From assembly GCA_046563655.1 (NCBI GenBank), contig CM102286.1, positions 4,278,001 to 4,342,000 on the forward strand: 64,000 nucleotides of DNA, read 5' to 3'. The notes below the pieces were generated by a model. That model made no database searches, was not told the origin of the DNA, and worked only from the letters and a program-made list of their open reading frames with translations. This document shows positions 53,801-64,000 of the stretch, piece after piece. How positions within the stretch are numbered: position 1 is the first letter of the stretch; every line of letters starts with the position of its first letter. This DNA comes from Yuukianura sp. NJ FZ-2021 (taxonomy: Eukaryota). A program made the position numbers and the translations under genes.

Positions 53801-56293
53801 GAGTATCTAAAATGAATTACGATTTTCATTTTGAACTTCTTCTAATGCACAAATTTAAACTTTTTCAAAAGTTGGAGTTCAAGATACTCAAATTTTTATA
53901 ATAAAATGACCAAAAAAGCTCATCCTCGCCCTCACTTCATCATTTAATTTTTTCAAAGTTTAAAAAATAATTATGCAAGCGATTTGAAGTTTGTTGGTAA
54001 GATAAGGTTAGGAATGGCAAATGCATTTTTGGTAATAGTAAGAATGTAATATTCTCGTAATTGTGAAGCGCGTTTTCAGAAACCGTGGTGCAAAAGCCTC
54101 TTTTCTGAAATTGTCTAACATTTCTGTTCAAAATTTAATTTGCGAAACTGAAAGAGGAGCCAAGGAAAGCGTTAATTCCATCCGTTTCAAATCTTGAAAT
54201 TGTGGTTTGGTGAAAGTGTCATTTCTCTCACAGTTTCAACTTCCTTTTCCGTGAAAACAGTGAATACGGGTAGCAGAATTAAATTTTCAGGGAAACCGTC
54301 TCATCTTCCTTAGTTTCCAAGAACCTGCTGGATTAAATTCAAGTGTTTCCAACTTGTGGTTTTGAGAATCGTCTTTCTGTTTCTAACGATATTCTAGAAC
54401 AATTTACATGAACGAGGCATTAAATGTGTCTATCTCATCACCTTCTTCGAAGTTAATGAACTCTTGGTCCAATATCTTAACACCTACTTTCACCATTTTA
54501 TGCCGAAAATGATGAAAAAGACGTTTCAAAATTTAAATTCCTTGTGACACTTCCAAGTTTAAGTACTTTGAATTTGAATCTTAACTTAGCATACCTAGGA
54601 TTTCCAGAGTGTGAACTTGCTCCATCGGGACATAAGTGCTGAGTTGGCAAATGTAATCTCCGCCATCTTGAGTTCTTACATTGGACAGCTTCAGGTTGGA
54701 TCCATCCACGAGTTCGATTCTTGGATCTGGTGTAATTTTTAGTTGAGCAGCCGTGAGTACGGCGTTGCCTCGTTTCCAAACAATAGAGAATGGTTCTGAA
54801 ATGTTAAAAACAAAAGAGAAGTCAGAGTTAATCCTATTTTTCAATAGAGTCAGAGGTCATTCCTTCGGAAGTAATCGAATAATGTGAGTCCAGCTTTATA
54901 AGCTTTGTTTTAGGAAGTGAAAGTTTTTTTTGCAGAAGGCAAGTAAGTTTCGTGAAGAATAGAATGATTGTAATCTCAGCTGGTTCGCTGGACTTCCTAT
55001 TGAAGCTCATGAATCTTACTTCGACAGGTTCTTAGGAAAAGAAAGCCTTAGCAGACAAAAACTACAGAAATCATCCAAGCCTTTTTGTGTCTATGTTAAG
55101 ATTTCACGCGGAGATTGGATTTAGGGACAAAAGATTTCGCAAACTGCGGCGTCTTTTTCAAGTAGGTATTTTCTACCTTTCAGTTCTAGCAATAGCATAT
55201 GAAAACGCTGAAGGTATGAAAGTAGTTTCAGTCAAATCATTTGCAGCAAAACATAATGGACCTTATAAACACTAAACACCTCAAAAATGAGAAATTGAAT
55301 GCAAATTTTCTTGCACAATTTAAATAGGCGAGAAATTTTGCCAAAAAATGCAGCTTTGTCTAAAAAAAATCATATTCTGCCTTACGATTTTATTGTGGAA
55401 AAATCTTTGGCGTAGTTTGCTAAATTTTTCGATTTTTTTGAAACTTTGAATTTGGGTCGAAACATTGTTTGAAAAAATATAAAAAGTTGATACTGCAGCA
55501 TGTTTAGTACATACAAATAAATGTAGGAGAGTTTACATTTTGCAGTGAAAACAGAACATAACAAAATCCCGTAAATCCTTAAAGCTCAAATAACAAGTAC
55601 TGGGAACAAGTAGTTGTTTACTTGCGGAATCGGAAGTTAACGCCCGTAAGGTAGCGCTTTTACATGCATTTGAAAAAACAACGTACGGAGGAAACAGTAA
55701 GCCAAATGGACAAGGCGGGAGTTTTTTTCTTCTCTTTTGAATTTTATTTGATTTAGACTGAGAACCCATTTTATAAGAAGGTTTCTACAAGTGGATGACA
55801 GTTTTGGACCCAAATTTGAAAGAAAAAATGAACGGGAATGAGCTTTTTTCATACTTTAGTTCTGAAAATGGATGGAAGCTAAATTGAAAACTGGGAAAAC
55901 TTTGACACTAAAATTCAATTTTGAGAAACTAGCTCATAAATATCGAAATGAGGTTGGAAAGGGTAGGCGTAAAAGTTCTTTTTCTTTTGAAGGTGAAAGT
56001 CAAGCTGAAATTGTTTCATCCTCCCCCCGCTTTCCACTTTGTGGAGACTTCAGAAGAATAATCCTGGTGGGACTTGGAGAGAAAGTACACTTGAAACACA
56101 AAGAAATGGAAGGGGAAAGCAATTTGACTTGGGAAATTTTGTTTGTTTCGATTGGATGACGTACTTAGATTTTCAGCTTGGCAGGGTAGAATGACACTTT
56201 CTCCGTTGACGACTCGGTACGTCTCGCCTCTTGTTGTAAATCGCGGTTGAGCCGAAGAAATGAGATCCATAGATGCAATGCCTTGCGTCGAAA
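47867..56293 (-). CDS. Ig superfamily adhesion protein copy C (3 Ig + FN3 + GPI-like tail), 5'-partial
   Basis: Minus-strand exons 56293-56165, 54795-54595, 53217-53096, 53016-52866, 51500-51403, 49026-48852, 48767-48640, 48557-48293, 48147-48103, 47991-47867 (TGA). Internal exon lengths are identical to copy A. C-terminus ..ESVHSSSSLCRFLLLFAVFLGNIPL* fits a GPI-anchor signal. Confidence 0.93.
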
Positions 56294-57150
56294 CTGCAAA
56301 ACAAAAAAAAAGAACAAATTTAGAAAAAAAAAGTCCAGTTCGCTATATACAGAAACTTTTGATTTTGTCTTATGAATTTTGAAAAAATCAAAAAAAAATT
56401 TAGACTTTGGTAGTAATTGCATCAACTTTTAATCAGTATTTTGTTTTGACAAGGTTTGTTCATAAACTTTCTTCAAGGCATGCTAATGAAAATCCCATTG
56501 TTAGTGACGGAGCGTTTTGAATTTGCCAATTTGCTGAGAATCTGATTCTGATGACATGATGAGATTGCCCAGTTTCAGTTTATAATGCATGGCTTCTGGA
56601 AGCGTGTGTAGTATTACGGGAAGAGCGCACGAAGTGACAACTCCTGAATATTTCATGCCAAAATGTCAATGCCTTTAAATGAGATGCATTGATCTGAAGT
56701 GTAGTGAAAGTCTTCTGAGAAAAGCATCAGTGCTGCGCAAAATCGCGCGACGTTGCTTCTATTTCTATTTCCAAACATGTCGAGGGCGTAGACACGCATT
56801 CAAAACCCAGTACGCGTTGAATGAAACGAAAACAGCAAAATTGTATTTGTAATAAAAGCAAATGAAACGACATCAGCAGAAAAGTTTTAGCATTTTGATA
56901 AAAACGAACTTTGGCCCAGTTTTGAGTGAATATCTAGTATGAATACATCAGGCAGTAGATAAATCATTATACATGTAACATAAAATCCAAAATTTGAATA
57001 GAACAAAAGACACTCATCAAACGACCTTGTATTATTCGATTGTTCAGAAGTGAAACTTTACAAATACCGTACATAAAGGTTAAATTTTAAATTTTATTTA
57101 CTATTCTGCATGAGAATCACAACCAGTTGTTGTAATGTGTAGTTGAAAAC

Positions 57151-57480
57151 ATGAAGGCTTTCATAAAATCAGCTTTTCCAATCATTATTTTGCTCGGACT
57201 TGGCGCAACAGGATTTATTTTTGAACGGAACTGCACAACCTATCAAGAATGCATCTTCAACAATGGCATTGTAAAAGAAAGTATATATCTACAGTGCGTC
57301 AACGGAAAATGTGCTTGCCAGGAAGCACGGGACGTGGATCAAGCACTACCGACATTCCACCCAATAGACATAAGTCAAACATGTATTGTTGGGACTGGAG
57401 CTCCATGTGGAACTGTAGAAGGCATAATTATCGTTTGTGAACCGCATAGCTCACATTGTAGGAAAGGAAAATGTGCCTAA
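57151..57480 (+). CDS. Small secreted cysteine-rich protein (109 aa, 10 Cys, EB-module-like), intronless, antisense within the presumed intron 1 of copy C
   Basis: AAACATG start; hydrophobic leader MKAFIKSAFPIIILLGLGATG; CxxxxxC..CVNGKCAC..C..GAPC..C..CRKGKC pattern; ATTAAA about 90 nt after the stop. Confidence 0.8.
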   Translation: MKAFIKSAFPIIILLGLGATGFIFERNCTTYQECIFNNGIVKESIYLQCVNGKCACQEARDVDQALPTFHPIDISQTCIVGTGAPCGTVEGIIIVCEPHSSHCRKGKCA

Positions 57481-58487
57481 GTGACAAGGTCACACTTTCT
57501 ACACCGAAACCACAACAGAAATAATTTGCTAAATTGACTTAGAATTCAGTGTTTTAAATCATATTTGAAATTAAAACATTTTCATGCATTCAGTAAACCG
57601 TTTTTCAACATTCTATTTGCTGCGATTCTTCCATTTTAGTTTAGTTTTTGGCGAAAACCGTTCTGTAGACCCGCGTATTGATTTGCAAAAACGGATGAAG
57701 ATGCGTTGAACTGCGGCGGGCAGCGGAAGGACGTTCCCGTGTATCCTACTGTTAAATTTATGTACCTTCAAGCAGAAACCTAGGCCACAGAATTAGGAGA
57801 ACTTAAGCTCACCGACCAGCAGAACTACATAAATTCCCGTTTCAAAACTACCACCACTAACCCATCTAAAACCCATCCACTTTTCCCTGGAAAGTTTCAG
57901 AATTAGGAGAAAGTGGAAGGAACAGCCTTGAGTAAGGACAGGAGTCGTGGTTTCTGTTTCTCCTGCCACTGTTTCATTGTAATCTGAATCGGAACTCCCT
58001 AGAGGCAAATCTGGAAACTGCAAATACTGAATGCAGATCCGATTCGCCGGTGAAGTAATGGACCTGACCTACCTAGCAACGAAATTTCAAACTAAGGCAG
58101 AATCAAATTCGCTTTTGTTTTTGACAACCACCCTCAGGTGATTTCCAGATTAACACATATTCTAATTCTACACAGTTGAAAGCTATATAGAAATGCTAAA
58201 TTGGGTAAAATTGGATGCTGGCAACACAGTAGCAGACCAAACCTCATACAAACCGAAAAACTCGAAAGAAACCGGAATTGTTGAAACAAAAGAAAGTAAT
58301 CATGCAAGTGACCCTCCCCTAGTTTTTCCGTAGCGTCATTTGTCTTTCTAACAGTTTATGACTATTCGGGAGAAAAGGCAGTAGCTTTATAGAGTGAAAA
58401 TGATGAAGATGATGAACGGGTAGGGTTCAGGGTCGAAGCGACAGCATTTCTTTGGTAAAGTGTCTCCCTTATTTTCGTTTGCAGAGT

Positions 58488-58803
58488 GATGTTGATGATG
58501 ATGATGGTATTATGAAGCCATAAGGATAATAGAGCTGAGGGACAATGGAGAAAGGCAGCAGTTGCCAATTTCCCACCCAATGACTTTCTCCCTTCATTTA
58601 CTTAAAAGGAAAGCGCCGTTTTCCCACAACCAAACAGTTTCCCATTTCATCCACCCAGCCACCCAATCCCACTCCTTCTCTACTCCAATCCTCAGTCTAT
58701 ATATGGCTCTCCAGAAAATTAATATTGGTTTTGGAATGAGTCAAATATTTGACTTGGAAGAAAGTAAAAGGGAAATGATTGCAACTGTCTCAATCTCACT
58801 CAA
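58488..58803 (-). repeat. Inverted repeat 2, copy upstream of C exon 2 (partner 37157-37470)
   Basis: Reverse complement of 37157-37470. Confidence 0.95.
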
Positions 58804-61254
58804 GAACTTTCTCTACAAAGCTCCTCCAGTACTTTTCCTTCTCATATTTCTTAAGTCTCGTTCTGAACCTAGAGTTCTCTCTGCGGCTGAATTTTGTAGT
58901 GCCACTGTATGCTATTCTCAGGTTGGAAAAACGATCCAGACAAAGTAAAGTAGTTGCTGGAGCCAGCGTAAAGTATTCTTGAGAAAGAAATGGGAGAAAG
59001 AGGGAAATATGAATTTGGAGGGACTTTCCATAGAACCGAGGAGAAAGACGATGAAAGACAAATGCAACGGAAGAAAGGAAGTAAACACAACCCCAAATGT
59101 ACTTTAAACATTAGTCATCCACGAGTAGTATTTGAGCAAAATGGCGGGGTTAGAAGACATGGGGGGAGGTGTTCAGTCTACCACGGAAACACGAACTACT
59201 ATGAAGTTGCTCAAATATTAATTTCTAATTACTTAAAATAACTTTGGACAAGTCAAAAGCGAGGCCTAAAGTCGATAAACCATACAGCTTTCTGAACAAA
59301 TTTTTAAAAAGTTCTTAATTCGCAGGAAAGGAAGTCTAAATTAAAATTAGAAAACCATTAGCATATTTCTTATTTATATTCACTCTTTGCAGAAACGAAA
59401 AAAATTTGGCGCGCTATGGCATGTATTTTAAAGTAGTCCCGGTTGAAAAAAAAAGTTTAAAAAAAGCCTGAGTGACAGGAGTCGCTTCTTTTGAAAATGT
59501 AAAAAGAAAAGAAAAGTGTTGGAGACATTGACGGGAGAAAGTTGTGTTTGAATCAAGTTGCAAGGAAAAGTACATGATTTTAAAAACAGAAAATTATAGA
59601 GGATTCTGCAGTAGTAGAATCCAATTCAGTTCCATTTTCAACCGGATTTTGAAGTGGGTCTGTGGGAAATGAAAATATTTTCTCTAAGGCCTTTCCATTC
59701 TAAATCCTTCACAAGTTATATTTCAGTCATCTTCCTTCGAGGAAATCCGCATAAACAAGAAAGGCGCCTAAGAATCATCATTTCATTCAACTCTCTTTTT
59801 GACAAATTCCAAACACGGACACATGTGCTGAAAATATAAAGAGAAACGTCATGAAATCACACAACTGCTTTTTCAAAGCAAAATTTTGTTCATTATTAAA
59901 AAAAACTACTCAAAATTAAAAATTCAAAACCAAGTTTACGACACTATAAATGTGACTCAACTTTCGCTGTAGAGCACTCTAACTTGTATTGTTCACAATT
60001 TTTTGATGAATATGGTTTTAACTCAACTTTAGAATTCACGAAAGTTGGCACTTTTTTTCGAAAATGGAGTTTTGTAATGGTGATTGCACTGAACCAAATG
60101 TAAATATTTATTTTTATGCATACGTTGGCTTACATGGGACTACACTCCACAACGCAAGTTCAACTTTAATATTATGCGTATGTCAATATTGTTTACTGCA
60201 AATCCATTCGGAATCGGGAATGGAAGTACTTTATTGAAAGCAGAAAAAACTCCTGCTTTCTAAATTCCATTTTTGGTTCTTCAAATAATAGCGTACTTTT
60301 CAAATCTATATTAAAGATCTGTAGAGTCAAAGCCCTCAAAATCACCGTGACGCACGCAATTGCAACATGTTTCTTGTTTTTCATTTGTGCTTGCATTAGC
60401 TGCACTTTCATTTACTGGAATCATGCAACATTCGATTACACTTATTTTCAAAATTGAAGTTTTGTTGGGGCGAGGTTGCACGCTTTTCAAAAAGCTTTGA
60501 TACCCATTAAATTCAACTTTACTTCTTCTGGTGACAATTGAAACTAGAAGTAACATGTTATATGTTAAACAAACTATCTTTTAGTCTAACATTTAAAGCT
60601 AACTCGGTTAAATTTATTGAGAGGATGATATGATCTGATTGGAACAAGTCTCCCCATCCTCAAATAGTAAAAAGCTTGTTGAAATAGTGATTCTAAAACA
60701 AGGAAAGCTCAAATAAATACGTTTGACATGACCTGTATTCCCCTCCATTTTCATTTTCATTACTCAATGTCTACGCAACGCTCCAATGTTTTTTGGAAAG
60801 TTCAAGTTCAAAAGAACTTTTCAATCCATATGAATCAAACACTGACTCATTGGAAACGCTGTGAGTAAACAGTGGCTGCATGCATCTCATGACTCCCGGA
60901 CATTATCATAAAGAACCGTTCGCTCTGACTTAATGGTCCGCGTTCAAACAAGCACCAAGCTCGATTTTTAAAATTATGTTTAGCTACGGCAAATACACTC
61001 TCAACTCACTCTCAAATCTAACAAGCTTTTTCTGAGAATACAATTCGAAAGCTGGCAATTTGACAGAAATTCAATTCCCAAAACTAAGAATAAAAAAAAT
61101 TCAGTTAAAAAAAATCATGAATAGCACTATTGAAAAAAAATGGAAAGAATAAAGTACGCGTGCGCTAGAAATTCCAAACTTTGTTAATTTAAAATGTTCC
61201 AAAGCTCAAGTTGCTGGAAAATACTTGAAAAATAATTCAGTGGAAGGACGCTGG

Positions 61255-61585
61255 GTGTTAAGTACATCATTAACGTCAAGTGAGTTTTAGTGCGTTAGAG
61301 TGGCTGTAGGTGCTAATTAGGACTCCACGTCCACACATTTATGAGACACTATTTCCATACTAAAAGGTTAGGCCCAAGTCTTCCCAGTGGAGCTAAAACC
61401 AAGTGACTGGAAGAATAACACCCATCCATCCGTAGAATAAACTTCACCAAACTGTAACTACGGCCACTTTCTTCCCCAAAAGAAAATACCCGCCACCTCC
61501 AAGCACACCGGAAAACCCGGATTCGGAGGGGAAATTACAGCAGGGGCTTGTTTTCAGAAGGAGTTAATGATGGCCTGGAGGAAGT
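61255..61585 (-). repeat. Inverted repeat 1, copy upstream of C exon 2 (partner 35446-35777)
   Basis: Reverse complement of 35446-35777. Confidence 0.95.
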
Positions 61586-62394
61586 TTTGGAAAAATTCAT
61601 ATTTAACGTTTTCCCTTTTATGCTTAAACTTCCAGTAAAAATTTTTTTATTGATGTTTATCCTAACTTCACACTAGTTTATGCTTATTCAACTCCCGAAC
61701 AAACCTAACTTATTGTTTATTGCCAAAGTCAAAACAAATTGGAATCAGAATTCTATTCACATATCCATCCATTTCGGTCCGTCTGAAGAGCCACCCCAAA
61801 GTCAAAAGTCTTTCAATGATTCCAATTGCCTTAACGGAGGGTGGCTACCGCAGCACCCAAAAAGTTATTCTGTTGTTGAGGTTGGGTGGCGTACGTGACA
61901 AGATTCGGATATGAACAAAATTTCTACCAAACCAACATGTACTGTGTTATGCTCGTGTCGTTCATATTTGTTTTTAGAAAGAAAACAGCGTTTTCAGAAT
62001 CGAGTTAACAACAAACAGTGTTAAGGCACAACTCAATTTACTCATACTTTTGACATAATTAAACCAAACCTGGTTTTCAAAAATTATCTGAAAACACACC
62101 TCGATTTCACAAAATCAATAAAGCTGAAATAAAATTTTGAAAACAAAATTCAATAACTTGAATGAGTCTAGAAAAAATTCAAACACCAGCGTCGCTTTAT
62201 ATGTTATTGAATGCGTACAATCCGTTTCCCCTTCAACGTCAAGTTTTCAAATTCTCAAGTGACATGAGGTGGGATGCGAAGCTGCGGAGTTATGTAATGA
62301 CTAGGTCATCAGAAGGTTCCTGTCACCATTAGCCCAGAAGCCTCTGGAACTCGAACCACTCTGTTCATTTTGAATAGTAGACGAAGCCTAACGC

Positions 62395-62636
62395 AAATTT
62401 AATGAGGAAGCGTATCCATGACAGTGGAATCTGAGACAATGAAGAGGGATTTGGGATTTATTAAGAGTCATCACAGGGAAAGGACTGACAGACGGAGACC
62501 AAGGCGTGTCTCTAGAGGCCATTTCATCTTCCAGTCGCTTCCATGAACCCAAATCCACTTTCTCCATGATCCGATTAACCTCGCATTGTTTCATCTATTC
62601 ATTTCTGCGGCTAGAACTACTGTAGAGGTAGACTTA
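62395..62636 (-). repeat. Diverged inverted paralogous non-coding element (partner ~34592-34820)
   Basis: Reverse-complement similarity to 34592-34820. Confidence 0.85.
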
Positions 62637-63178
62637 CAAAGAGATTTCCAAACTACCCGCCCACCCGATAAGTTCCACGCAACCAGATAAACTGTGAAAG
62701 GAAATGTAGGTCATCAGATACAAAACTGTTCTGAAATGAAGCGGTGGGCTACGTTTAGCACCGGCATAGAAGCTAAAATTGTCAAATAAAAAAAAATCTA
62801 AGAATTCTCCGTACATGACAGAAGTTGCAGAACATGGCAACTTTCAGCTTCGAAGAAGTGATAATTTTATGTCCTTACTGAATGCCATTAAGTCCTCCTC
62901 ATCAACATTTTTTAACGGTTTTTTTTAATTTGTAATAAAACAAAAGTACAAGTCATCCTTGAATTGATTGTGATCGTAAGAACATCGCTTTAACTCAGCT
63001 TAGGTTTACAAAAGCTGTATCAGCAAATGACTCATGTAGCATCTTGTTATCAGTTTAAGTTTCTATTTTAATATTAAGACCAGTTTTAAACTTAAACTGC
63101 CACGTCACAAAAGACCGTCAGTGAACATCTAGAGTGCATTCAAGGCGTTTGAATTTGAAGCAACCGGGGCTGAAAACA

Positions 63179-64000
63179 ATGGAACTCCAATACAACATTT
63201 ACTCACGGAAATTTTTGTTTCCAGCTTTCTTCCTTTTGTGCAAAGTTTATTTTACACTTTTTTACAAATACAACTACAGAACCTATATTCAAAACAGTTT
63301 GGTGTTCTTTGGTTCCGTCATTTTTGGAATCAACACGTTTAGCAGCGACTTGACGCCTCACTTGGAAAATTGTTTGCAACTTTGTAGGTTGATTAATGAG
63401 TTAAACACGAAAGTAAGGATAACCTCACTTCTCAGAACCCTTTTAAAACGTATTTCTAAAAACATTTAATACACATAGAGAATCATGCCGTAATATTGTT
63501 GCACTTTTTGTGTCAGATTGACGGTTACATTGAGTTTTTGGAAACTGAAAAGTCTTGGTTTGGACTGGGTCTGGAAGCTGATTTAGAAGCTTTTGAAGTT
63601 CAACTTGACGCAGTTCAAAATCAGATAATCGACAAATACTACAGTATTTTTATCAACCAAGGGTACTACACATTTGAACAAAAACAAGCTTTTTTAACGG
63701 AAATTTGGGACCAAGCTCTTCCTTCCCTGAATGATAGTGCAAGCAAAATCAATTCAAAGGTTAGAAAACGTTTTTAACTTATTTTTTTAAAATTGCTAAA
63801 TATTTAATTTTTCTAATAATATTTTCCGTAGAAAGAGAAGCTGATTTCGTTTATAAATGAAACAGTAACGCAGTCTAGCAGAGAAGGAAAACCAGAATGG
63901 TTGGAATCAGTCGTAGTCCTTCATCAATCGGGAATTCGAATGAGCAAAATGAATCCTAACGAGACCTGTTTTGATCCAGAGCTTCTCGAGGAATTATACA
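63179..64000 (+). CDS. Spliced gene of unknown function, probably secreted or membrane-anchored, 3'-partial
   Basis: ATG at 63179, open to a phase-0 donor after 63412 (possible in-frame 60-nt intron 63238-63297). Exon 63517-63759 (IDGYIEFLETEKSWFGLG..SKINSK) and exon 63832 to window end (KEKLISFINETV..ELLEELY). Canonical splice sites with matching phase 0; hydrophobic N-terminal segment. Confidence 0.72.

Noticed and set aside
8311..56293. Dscam-like mutually exclusive exon array
   Set aside because: Each exon set forms a complete separate gene with its own stop, and one copy is on the opposite strand; no tandem alternative exons were seen.
1..64000. Prokaryotic systems, CRISPR arrays, tRNA/rRNA genes, intact transposase or RT ORFs
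   Set aside because: The sequence is intron-containing eukaryotic DNA; I saw no regularly spaced repeats, cloverleafs or long TE ORFs.

Overview
AT-rich eukaryotic DNA with spliceosomal GT-AG introns, probably arthropod (inferred from the gene family, not proven). The window holds a cluster of three paralogous multi-exon genes for 3xIg + FN3 cell-surface proteins with GPI-signal-like tails, resembling the Klingon/Wrapper/REGA-1/CG34353 group. Copy A is on + (8.3-11.8 kb, first exon upstream of the window). Copy B is on + (signal exon at 13.3 kb, ~26 kb intron 1, body 39.4-46.3 kb). Copy C is on - (56.3-47.9 kb, first exon probably beyond the window), tail-to-tail with B. Exon lengths and phases match across copies (129/201/122/151/98/175/128/265 nt). 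The most notable signals are patchy near-identity between paralogs (gene-conversion-like tracts), two ~320-330 bp near-identical inverted repeats in intron 1 of B and C that bracket both gene bodies, an asymmetrically diverged copy B, two genes probably nested antisense in C intron 1, a mariner-like MITE, and several degenerate coding remnants. All alignments and counts were done by eye; no database search was possible.
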